Part shown: positions 27,001 through 39,104 of the stretch, piece after piece | How positions within the stretch are numbered: the first letter of the stretch is position 1 | Layout: each line of letters starts with the position of its first letter | Notes under the pieces: generated by a model | The model's input: only the letters and a program-made list of their open reading frames with translations | Told to the model about the DNA's origin: nothing | Database searches by the model: none | Made by a program: the position numbers and the translations under genes | Source: Podarcis gaigeae | Lineage: Eukaryota | NCBI GenBank assembly: GCA_964106915.2 | Contig: OZ066914.1 | DNA: 64,000 nucleotides | Strand: one strand, 5' to 3'

Positions 27001-30000
27001 TTCATCATATGTTGTACTTCATATGGGCAAATCCAGAGTGCATTTGAGAAATGCATAAAGTGAAGAAACACTACATTGGCATCTGGATGGAAACATTTTC
27101 ATATAATGAGAATGAGAGCAATACCAGAATGCCCACCACCAATATATAACTAAGCTAGCCCACATGAGGCTTAGTAGTAGAATTCCAAATAAGGAACCCG
27201 CCCCCCAGATGTGTCACAAAGAAAAGAAACTATAGAAATCAATTTCTTTCAGGGTTAATTGACCTGTGATTCCCCATCCAAATACAATGATATGATTAAC
27301 ATCACTACTGATGTATTGAACAACTGTGGCCACAGAGTCTGTCATCATAGGCATCCCTCTGGGCATTCAACAGAAGCAACTCCTATCTGTGACAGGGTAC
27401 ATCAGAAGTTGACACCTGAGGTAGGTCAACATTCTGTTCTTAGCTTTCATTTTTTAAAATAAATCCTTAAACCTGAAGATGCAAGCCTGAAAATGCACAG
27501 AATAGGCTTGCTAAAATCTCAGATGCTGTGGCTCCCCCTTCCCTTTATTTAATAAATACAAATACTTGCCTTAAGAGTCCACCTGGGGGAGAGTAGGCAT
27601 AGCACTTTAGAGTTGGGTACTGAGGACGCAGCAGGAAGGACAGAATGGCAGCTGTGCCTGCCCCTAAGGAATGGCCCACAACAATTAGGCCATAGTGTTT
27701 TGTTCCTCTGCCCTACAAAACAAAAAACAATTAGGTATTTGCATAATTTGGCAATTCTTATCAAATCCTTCCCCCTTTAGCTAAAATATAAGAGAGTCTA
27801 GTGTGAATCTCATCCCAGCCATAAACTCACTTAGGTAGCCTTAAGGCAAGCCACTCACAGATCCCTGCCCCAAATCTCCAATATGGGGAAAAAACCTTTG
27901 AGTATTACAGTAAGAGAATATATGTAAGGCACTATAAATGCACTCAATTATAGGATAAATATAAAATGCAAATCTTGAGCTCCTAAGTAATTACAAAAGT
28001 CTGGAGCCACAGTCTAAAGAACAGCAGGATTAATTCTGAAAACAGACTGATGCGAAAGAAAGGCAAAAAGATTGCAGAGCACTCCAAGGTTGCATTATCT
28101 ATTTCTGAGTTGTGTCATTTTTACATGTTTTACTTTTCATTCTGTTCTGCAATTTTATAAGGCCCTCTCAAAACACATTATATATTTGAATACATATTTA
28201 AACACAAATTTATTTTTCTTAAAAGCAATATCAAAATGTGTATATTAATATGCTTGAACAGCTAAGGACTGTATCTCAGCATTAGAGAAGTGTTAAAATC
28301 CTGTGGAAAGCTAAATTCCAATTTGAATATTAGTCCAAGATGTGTGAATCGGATCATTTCATTTATTCACAAACACTGAATTCCTTACACATCCTTATAG
28401 TATGCTAATTCTTCTTTGAGCGCTTCCTGAAGAACATTTAGTACAGTGGTACCTCAGGTTACATACGCTTCAGGTTACAGACTCCACTAACCCAGAAATA
28501 GTGCGTCAGGTTAAAAAGTTTGCTTCAGGATGAGAACAGAAATCGTGCTCCGGTGGCGCGTAAGGACCTCCGGAACGAATTAAGTACCGTATTTTTCGTC
28601 CCATAGGACGCTCCATCCTATAGGACACACTTAATTTTGGGGGGGGAATAAAGGAAATCCCCCCTTTATTTCCCCCCCCAAAACCAGGTCGAGGAAACCG
28701 AACCAGGTCGGGGAACAGCGGGATGGCGGCGCTGTGCCTCCCTGCTGTCCCCCGAGCTTGTGGGGCTGGCCGATGTCTGCCTGGCGTGAGGAGCGTTCTG
28801 CTTCAAGGCGCCCCGCGCGCCGGGCGACAGGCTGCTATCCGCAGCGAGGGGAGCCCTGCGGGGAACTCCTGCACGGCTCCCCACACTGCAGATGTCTGTC
28901 CTGTGTGAGGTGCGCTCTGCTGCAGGGCGCACTGTGCGCCGGGCGGCAGGCTGCTGTATAGACACTGTATAGGCAACATACACAAACTCCGCTGTCAAAA
29001 GAATTATAGATGTAATGATACAGCACACATTGTAATTTGCTTTATAGAACAGAAAGGTTAAGTTGTTCTTTATGTGTGCACACATGTGTGCAAAATTACT
29101 TTATAATTTATTGCAAGACTCAAGCAAGTCATTAATGTGGAAACTGATTTTCAATTGAATTTTACCTCTTTTTACTATCTTGGAATAAGGTTATTTTCCT
29201 GCCTTCCTTTCCATTTCCTAACTTCAGTGACTTATTTCCCCCCCAACACTGTTTCCAGTAACTGTTCAACAGAACAGTAAATTATTCATCTGGTGGCCAA
29301 GGGCACTGAACAGCTACAAATGTTAGAAGTGTTCAGATGTTGACATTGTTTCTAGTAATTCAGACATAATGTTCTATAGTTAACAGAGGAATGTGGGTGG
29401 AAATATGAACCTATCTCCTGACCACAATGCACAGAAGCAAAGCCTCACCAAATCACGCCCAAAGGCCTGAGAGAGCACCATCTCCTGCTCTAGTTTCTTT
29501 TTGATGTACTCAGCAGACAGCACCATCCCCTAAAAGGAGGAAGAAAGGACAAGTGAAAAGGTGAGTTTTAGCACAGCTGAGTGGCCTGCAGCAGCACTTC
29601 AGTAACATATCTGATCTTACTCAACATACTCTAATGATCAATGAGCTCTTAGTTTTTAATTTCTTTTTCTTCCAGACCCTCCCTGACTCCTCTTTCCCCC
29701 TTTCTCCTTAGACCATTTAAAGGGCCCTAGAATTATGAGGTCACTCACCATCTCCAACATCAACCAGCTATTGGTGAAGTGAGCTCTCAGTGGCTGAGGA
29801 TCATGTCACCCATGGCTGATGGTTCTCATGGACATCCTGGCTCAGCAACCACCAGGGGTAGAAGGGCTGTTGCACAAACCTATTCCTTTTTTCTAAAAAA
29901 AGTCTTCTTTCTCCTGCTCTAACTACATGTGTCAGAGATAAAAAGGGCATGTTCCACATTCTTCAGTCCTTCTCTAATACCTCAGCTGTTTTCCATCTAC

Positions 30001-33000
30001 TGGTTTTTCAATTCTAGCCATAACCAGAAGGTTAATATTCATTCCATGTCCCTTACATTGGCACTGTGCTTTCTATAGCCCAACACAACAGTTTTAGTAA
30101 TAACCCCCCCTACTATATCCTTAATTGATTATACTCTTCCAGAATTTCCTTTTTTGACATACCTTATATATGGAAAAATAATCTGATTTTTCTCTCCTGC
30201 ATCTCCAATGCTTATCACAGGGGCAATGCACCACGTACAGACCATTTTGTCATGGTTTCTCTTTATAGTTGACCTATACTGATAATTTTTCAGGCGCTTA
30301 CAGTGCTACACAAGCATGGTGTCTTGCGTTGGGTGTGGCTGCAAGACCGCAAATGGTAATGCTGCCTCATCAAGCACAGAGCCATTGTAAACCTATTTCT
30401 CAGTGCAGTAGCTTTTATGAACACTGGCTTTTTTGAATTCAGTTCTGCAACCGTCAACTGTTTTCTGGACTCCAGCAACCTTGTGAAGTTATTACCAGGC
30501 GTTGGTTCTTGATTTTTTTTTTATTTGACTAGCAACTTTGACGCACTTGCATTGTTACTTTTTCAGTAGCGGCACTTTACAGTTATGTCATGTCCTTCAT
30601 GAAAGGATCACAAATCATTTTAAATCATTTGCTTTCAAGAGGAACTGAGAAAAGAGAGGGCTGAAATGATAGACCAACTAGGTAAAATAAGAAAGTGATG
30701 AGGTCATACCTTGTGTCCAAGCCAGGTTCCATGATGACCTTCCACAGGGAGACGCTCAGCATCTCCAGTCAGGTCAGTCAGAGCATCCTGGAGAAGTAAG
30801 AAGGAGGACCAATTGTATATTAGAATGAATCATAAAATGCTAATGATACGTTTCTACAAGAACAGTGCAATGTGAAATGTGGGCGCAGAGGATTCCTAGG
30901 AGCCATGCATGAAATGTCATCTATTGTGAGAGTGAACAGAGCAGGACTCAACATTACCTTTGGGGACAAAGTTCCTCGGATACTGATGACCACTTTCTTC
31001 TTCTCATGATCGACAGCAACGTAGAAGGGAGTTTCATAGACCTAAAGGAAATGCAGCATCACATCAGTCTTGCCTAAATATAGTCTTACTGAAATGAAGT
31101 GACTTTCACCCTCCCAACAAACAAGTAAAACAGCTAGCAGATAAGCCTTCAAAGGACAGCAGCACCCTTGAGCTCAATCTACTTGAGCATACATAAGGCG
31201 TTATCTGTATATCACTGATAGTAACTTCAGGCTATAAATTAGCTGCTAGACCTGTTGGCTTAAGACATGGCTCTGAAATGCCCCAGAAATGTCCTTCAGA
31301 GCAAGGAAGCTCTTAGATGGTCCTTACCGCATCATGACAGGAAGTGTACACAATGTCCACAGAGCTCATGTTTTCATCAAGAAAGTGGCGACGGATGGCG
31401 ATAGCATTGCAGCCGCAGCAATTATCTTCCTCAATTGTGACACCAGGTGCATAACGTGGCCGAGAGGGGCAGAGACAACAGCATCTTTAAATAAAAAGTA
31501 CAGGTAAATAACATTTGGAAAGGAATGGAAAAAGAGATGAAGGATGAAAGAGAAGCAATAGAAGAGACTAGCTTACTGAAGACATTTTTACCTACACAAA
31601 ATGCCAGCTCTGTTTTCATTCTGGAAAAAATTATATACCAGCAACCTAAAAGATAGCTCTGTGAATTTATAGGATAAAGGAAGAAATGGGTAAAAATTAA
31701 AGAGAAAGACAACAGTTCAGAAAGGAGAAAAGAAAAAAGAAATCATACTTTATAGAGGCACCAGAACACTATTAACTATTTAATAATGCAAGTTCAGTAT
31801 ATCTGACATAAACCTTCACTATCTGCAGAGTTGACATTATGGATATGTGCACTGAAATATAATAAACCTTCCAAGCCCTGATTTAGGCACTTAGGACTAC
31901 AACCTGTGCATGCTTACGAAGACGTAAATTCCACTGAAATCAGGGGACATCCTCCTAAGTAAACATGCATATGAATACTCAAAGGCCTATTAAGGAACAA
32001 TGAGATGCTACATGGACAGAAATGACATTTCATAGGATCATAGAACTGTAGACTTAGAAGGGATCCCAAGGGCCATCTGGTCTAACCCCCTGCAATGCAG
32101 GAATCTCAACTAAAGCATCATAGCAACTAAATGTGGATAGGATAAAGTTACTTTGTAACCTCCTTGAAGTGAGATACGTGCAAACCATTTTTAAAAAGCA
32201 AAGGCTTGTGTAGGCCAAAAACGAGACAGCAAAAATGGAAGAGAGAATGAGGAAAGGGAAATTAAGGATTTACTAAAGAAGACAAGGAAGAATAAATACA
32301 TGAGTAGAAAGCGAGGAGGGAATGTATACAGAGACAGCCTGGATGAACACTTACGAGCAAGATCTGGCCAGGCGACAAAGTCCACAGGTAGGCTTCCTCA
32401 TCAAATACATGGGCCAGCCATAGGCAGCCAAAGCAAAGAGCATATAGTAACAAACCTCTTTGTATCGCAGCATCTCTTGCTGGAGGAAACAAGAGATATT
32501 TAGTGTCCTGATGGCATCATTAGAGATGTCTCCCTCTCATTGTTTCAGTATCAGTTCCCTACCCCACAAAATACATTTTTAAAATTTGTTGGACCTTCAA
32601 ACCCTGCCCTCCCTCCTTCTAGGCTTCTCTAGTTGAAAGTAACCACCTACAGCCAAAGGCCATTTTCAGACGCAACACTAACCCATAGTTTAGAGCAGGG
32701 GTAGCCAACGTAGTATCTTCCAGAAGTTACTAGATCACAGCTCTCATCACCATTAACCATTGGCCACACTGGCTTGGGCTTGCGCTCTCCTGCCCCCAAT
32801 CTCGGGGACAGCTGAAAGGAGACTGGAAACACTCACTTCTGCTTTTAAACTACACAAAGTCCTACATTACATCCAAATCCGGGGAATGCTGGTTCATTTA
32901 AACTACAAACAACATTTAAGCTAACCCAAGGTTGCACCAAGTTCAGCTGTAAAGAGGAACAGAAGTCTACGCATCTGAGGCTCTTATTCCCACAGCATGA

Positions 33001-36000
33001 AGACAAAAAGGGTTTGGGCTTCTTGACTTCCTGGTTTCACGAAGTGAAAGTGCATTTGTACTTCCTTTTTCGTGCTTCTTTTTTAAGCTACATTATTTAA
33101 CAGGACAAGGACTTTATCCCTACACTGATAAAGGGAAGAAGGAACATGTGGCTTGAGAAGTTATGAATAGTTTGGCCTGCAGGTAACATCCAGAGCATCA
33201 TACTGCTTTCATTACATAAAATTGGGTTGGGAAAATTAAATGCCGAGCAATTCATGCTGCCACTTCCAGCTTTAAACAAGGCTCTGTTCTTTTTGCTGCA
33301 ACATACTAATAGGCCTCTCCAGTGCTTTTTTTTTCTAAAAAAAATGTTTAGGGGTACTCTCATTTTGACTGAAGAAAATCACCATTTTATAGTTCAAATT
33401 GGGGAAAATAAATACAGTAAATGGACAAAAGTACAAAGATTCACAAAATGTTTAGGGGTATGCATACCCCTGCATCCCCCCAGAAAAAAAGCACTGGGCC
33501 TCTTCATTTTTTACTGTTCTGATTAGAATAAAAGTTTGCATTAAAGGAAATACAAGATGACTGATTTATTGGGCCTGATAAGCTAGTGTGCACTCTGCAA
33601 TTGTGTCAAAGTAGCATTAGAGTCTGATGACTTACTGAGTTTTTCAGGTCCAGATATTTAGTGTTCCTGGTTACTGGCATCCCCGACAAGAAAGCTAGAA
33701 TATCGTTGTTTGCCTGTAAATCACATAAGAGACTGAGATCATGACCCTGAAACACTTCATTTGCACTCAAGGAGAGGGAAACCCCATTTGGCTTGGATCA
33801 CTGTTAAGCAGAAACATGATTCTTACTTATAGTCTGCCAAAGTTTCACAATAATTCTGTTTGTCTTTCTAACACCTCCACTCTAAACCCTAGAAACATGA
33901 AAAACTAACCACTATTTTAAAATTGTTTATTATTGTTATTTCAGTTTTGTCCCTCCTTTCTTCCATCATGGAATTCAAGGGGGTAATCCAGTCAGACACA
34001 GACCAGACCTGCTTAGCTGAAGAATGGTGGTGCCTCAGTTGCCTTCAGACTATACCCTGGGACTGCTAATTTTGTAACATCTTGAAGTTTTTGATCCCTA
34101 AAAATCATGATTTCCCACAAGCTTTTTGTGAAGTTTATCAACGAAACACTGAAAAATGCATGTTACAATTTTTTCACTATTGGTCACTGGGAGGTGACGG
34201 ACTGTTATATCTTAGGGACAGCCAGGCAAAGATTTAGTGATTCCCCACTTCTGAAACACATGACAATAGGTGATTAAAAGACAGATAAACATACCAGTAA
34301 CATCTGTATTTCAGCAGTGAAAAAGCACAGAAAGCAGTCTGCATACTCACTTCATCCAGCACTGCACTGCGTTTCGCCCTCTGTCGTTGGCGCAGAAGTA
34401 CCAGGCCTGCTATGATGTCAGATGGGACTATGTCAAGATCTCGGAAAAACTCAGCAAAGAGATATGCAATTTCAGAGTAGGCATCCTGAAAAATCCCAAA
34501 AGGGGAAGATGATAAATGAACTTGTAACAAGCAAAAGACAAAGAGCTAGTATCAATCACTGGGACTGAAAACGTAATTCTCAGCTGCTGTTCCAAAACAT
34601 CCACTTTGTTACCTAGGTTAGAACTGGCTTCCCCATCTCATTCTAATTTATTCTTCTAAGAAAAGAATTATGCAGGATTTATTACACTTTTCCTCTAAGG
34701 AACTCAAGGTGGCATACAAAGGGTTACCTTATTTTATCATCATAACAACCTTATGAAGTAGGCTAGGCTGAGAGATAGAAGCCCAGTTCACAGGCAATGC
34801 TAAGAACAGGTATAACAACAAACAACAAACAATAACAACAACTTTATCATTTATTCCCCTGCCACTCTGGGTGGCTAACAGTACCTATGAAAACATAGTA
34901 AAACATCAAACATTAAAAACTTTCCAATACAAGGCTGTTTTCAGATATCTTCTAAAAGTTGTGCAGTTTATTTCCTTGACATCTGGCGGGAGGGCATTCC
35001 ACAGGGCGGGTGCCACTACCAAGAAGGCCCTCTGCCTGGTTCCCTGTCACTTCACTTCTTGCAAAGAGCAAGAAGACCCTTGGAGGAGGACTTCAGTGTC
35101 CGGGCTGAATGATGGGGATGGAGACACTCCTTCAGGTATACTGGGCCAAGGCCCAGTATACCTAAAGGAGCATAATACAAAGACCAAACAAGGTTTAGTC
35201 ACAGATAGTAAGCAAGAGTGGGGAAGGAGTGCTATTCTTCACTCTGGGAACCCACATATTTGCATGTTCATGCTAAGCTATGGTACATGCAAATGGGATC
35301 AGTGGCTTCTTCAAGGACACTCATTAAACTTTATGGTGAATAATAGATTTCAAGGCAGACCTCCCAGACCTAAGTTCACCACTCTATGCTCTGCATCACT
35401 CTCACCAAAAGGTCCACCTAGACCACTTTACTGTCTCCAACAGAACACAGCCTGAAGACTTTAGGAAGCTTACAGGTAATGCACAATCAAGACAGACATC
35501 CCTTGCCATTTGTCCCCAGAATCTGGAAATCAGATACAAAAGAATCTATAGTAGTTTTGACAACTCCACTTTAACATAACAATTATGTTTGCTCTAGGTA
35601 AATATTATACCATGTTTCTGCAGCAAACACTTTAGATATGTACAAAAGACCTGCATAATTTAATAGTACATATTAAATATTATGCCTTGGAACCATGCTT
35701 TTCAGTTTAGATCCATCTTTATATTTAAATTGTTTGTTTATTTGTTTATAGCCAAAAAGTCTCCCAGAGTGGCTTACATACAATTATTTGAGCTCATTTG
35801 CTTCGTCTAGTAAGAAAAATATATACCTCTAAATATAATAAAAAGTTTTACCCTTCAGTGACTGACCACCATTGCTCTGCAGCACCTGACAAGTGGCATA
35901 GCTATGCTACAAAACTCCTGATCACCATCAGCATCTGCTTCTTACACACTGGGTGACTGCCCTTTTAAAAACATTTTTTGTACAAGTGAAACAGACCACT

Positions 36001-39000
36001 AGATGAGATGTCATTTATTTTGAGTAATCCAGAGATCTTTATGTCATGGCAACCTACAAATGTTGTAAATAAATAAGGACATGGCTTCCTTGACATGGGG
36101 TTATTATGTTAATAACTGATCTGATTTGCATCTACCATTGTGTTACATACAATCTTCATATGCCCTTTGAAAAAAATATTCTCAACTCTTCATATCGAAG
36201 AATAATCTAAGTAATACTTGATAATCTGACAGCGCATCACTTTTTCAGGTCATTAAAAAGAAAGTGCTGTCCATTTAAAATGAGTCCATCATTCTATGTC
36301 CTTTGCTAGTTTTAGTGGTTTAATAAATTCTGGACAGAGTTATTCTTTCTTGCAGTTGCATAAATAGCTTAGTTACAATCTGATTGCCATAAATATGAAG
36401 CCATGCAAATGGGAAAGGGTTGATTCTTCCTCTACTCTACTGCAAATGTCTCACTCTGAGCTCCTCACCCATGATTAAACAATTGGGAACTTTATGTCTG
36501 CACCAGTTCTTTGTAATTATTTCCTTATACAGGACATGAGTGACTTGTGCCAGAGGTGCAGCACCCATGTGTGGAAGATCCCAACAGGAGTCCAAAGTGC
36601 CGTGGCTCCTTCCACCATGTTCACAGCATATTCAGAGATAATACAACTGAACAGTCTGAACTGTTTCCAGGTCTCTTAAGCATGCAATCAGGAGATTTAT
36701 GTACACATCAAATCACATGGGGACTGGCTAACTAAACTCCAGATAAGAGTTCTATAAAATATTACATGAAGCAGATTTACCATTGATATCTCTCAGTGTA
36801 ATGGTCTGAGAAAGCAGATATTTGCTTTGTGATGAAAAGATAGGTGCTACTTACTGACTGGGAATCTTTTGTTCGTGTGCAGCAGAGGAAAACTTTGAGC
36901 CGTCGGGTCCAGCTGCTAGCCTGCCCTTCCTCCAAACGGTGCCTTCAACATGCAGAAAGGAAGAGTTTACAAATGGATTATGGCGGCGGGGGGGAGAGAC
37001 ATAAATTTGGAATTGCCGTCCTTTGTGTTCCTCCTTCTTTGCAGAAGGGAGTGAGAGGTTCTTGAAGCAGCTCACCAAACAGCTCAGAATAGAAAGCTGA
37101 CCAGCTTCACCTGAGAATGTGAATCTACCTCACACTGACGAAGCCCTACACAGCATGAAACAGCATAAAACAGTAGAGGAAGCTATGGATCTTATGGGTG
37201 CATCTGCAGCTAAAGCGGAAGCATGAGACATCTTTTTCAGAACATCCTTGATGGGCTTGGGCCCATCCTCCCGTGCCCCAAACTCATCCACCCAGATAAA
37301 AACTGCCTGGCAAATGCAAACACTGTAACTGAAGCCCTAAAGATCACAAAGCCAGCTTCAAATTTCCTACACAGAGCCTGCTCTACCCATCTGTCACAGG
37401 AATCTTTGGGTCCCACTTCCTTTTTAGAAGGAACCACAGCCAAGGAATATAAAGCTGCCATGGGTGGATCAACAGCAAGAAAATGAAGCTGTTGCATAAT
37501 CTTCTCATCAAAAATATGTTTCTTAGCAACCCGAGACACCAGTTTAGCCTTATTTGGATGGGCCCACTCAGCTTTCTAAGCTGAGTCAAAAATGTATGGA
37601 AAAGGAACAGTAACCGCCTTGTGAGAAGCTGATGGGAAAGCCTTCTCAGCACCCACTGAGGAGGTGGCAGGTACAGGAGCTTCCTTCTCTGCAACTGCAT
37701 ATGACATGAGGATATGTGGGATTGGGTGCAGATGAACCACCAGTGAGAACTGCTGCTCCATGCTTTTCTTGTCCCACTGATGGCCTGAGAACACAGGGTG
37801 CACCCCAGCTAGCCATTCTAGCCCCTAAACTGGTGTGGCTTACACCCCTACTCCCAAAACACCCAGAGACAGAGAGGAACTGGGTGGAAGAATCAAGAAA
37901 ACACACACAAGCCAGTGGGAAACAAGAGAGGCAGGAAGCAACTAGGGAGAGAAAAGACAACAAAAACAAAGCACCCCTTCTTCCACACACCAACAGGAGA
38001 GGAACAAAGGAACAGAAACCAAAAAGACAGACACAATAACTAGGGTTGCCATATTTCAAACAGTGAAAATCCAGACAGAAAAGTTGTTCAGCTGTTTTTG
38101 CAAAATCACATAAAAAATTGACGTTTTTGAACTATTTTTATGGAAAAGCAGTGAAAATGACACTGCCAACATGGGTTGCCATACGTCTGAATTTTCCCGG
38201 ACATTTTTGATGATTTCAGCCCAGACACTGCTACCAACTACAGTATTCCAGATATGTCTGGGAAATTCCGGATGTATGGCCACCCTGCAGTAACAGAGGA
38301 AAGGCTCTAAAATGTAAAGGTTCTGAAGAACACAAAACAACCTTGACTACCACTGACTGCAAACAGGATTAGTCTGGTAGGCGGGAGAACTCCTCCCCCT
38401 GGAGGGGAGCCAAAAAGGCTCTAGGCTAGGGACTCTGCCTGCCATGTCCAGTAGGAGGAATCGTTCCCTTTTAAGGAATGTCCTCCAGTCTCATCTCACC
38501 AAAAACCAAAAATGAGACAGTTGACTTTTAATTGCAAGCCTTGACTGAGAGGAGCGTAAGTTGGACCCATAACAAAATTCAGCAGTGTAGAGTGCTTCTG
38601 CTCAGGATATTCAATTCTATCCCTGCTCCTGCCAGTTTTTTTTTTTTTTTTTTTTTTTTCACCCAGCAGTCAATCAGTATCCAGTACCAACCAAGCATGC
38701 TCAGTCTGCACTACATAGTTTTGCAGGGGGGTTTTTTGCCCCTGCTGATTTTTCCCCTCTACAGAATTTTTGTAATTCGGTAAATCTCATATTCCACGCT
38801 CTTGTTGTGGATGGTGCTGTTTTGACTACCTAAGGACTGGGCAGTCAGAAAACTGAGTTTTCGATATATACACACAAGTCAACCATGCAACAAAATGTTG
38901 CTGTGTGGATCCTAGCCACCTAATTCTATCTCCACTCTGAACCCCACAACATTCAGTATCCCATGCCTATTGATAATGCACAGTCCTCACTGGGCGACTG

Positions 39001-39049
39001 TGAATGGAGGTTGCCTCCTAGGGTTTCCCCCCTGCATGTTTTTTAAAAA

Positions 39050-39104
<55 letters not shown>

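Noticed and set aside
34871-35455. 194-aa plus-strand ORF
   Set aside because: Mostly the antisense strand of an L2 3' fragment.
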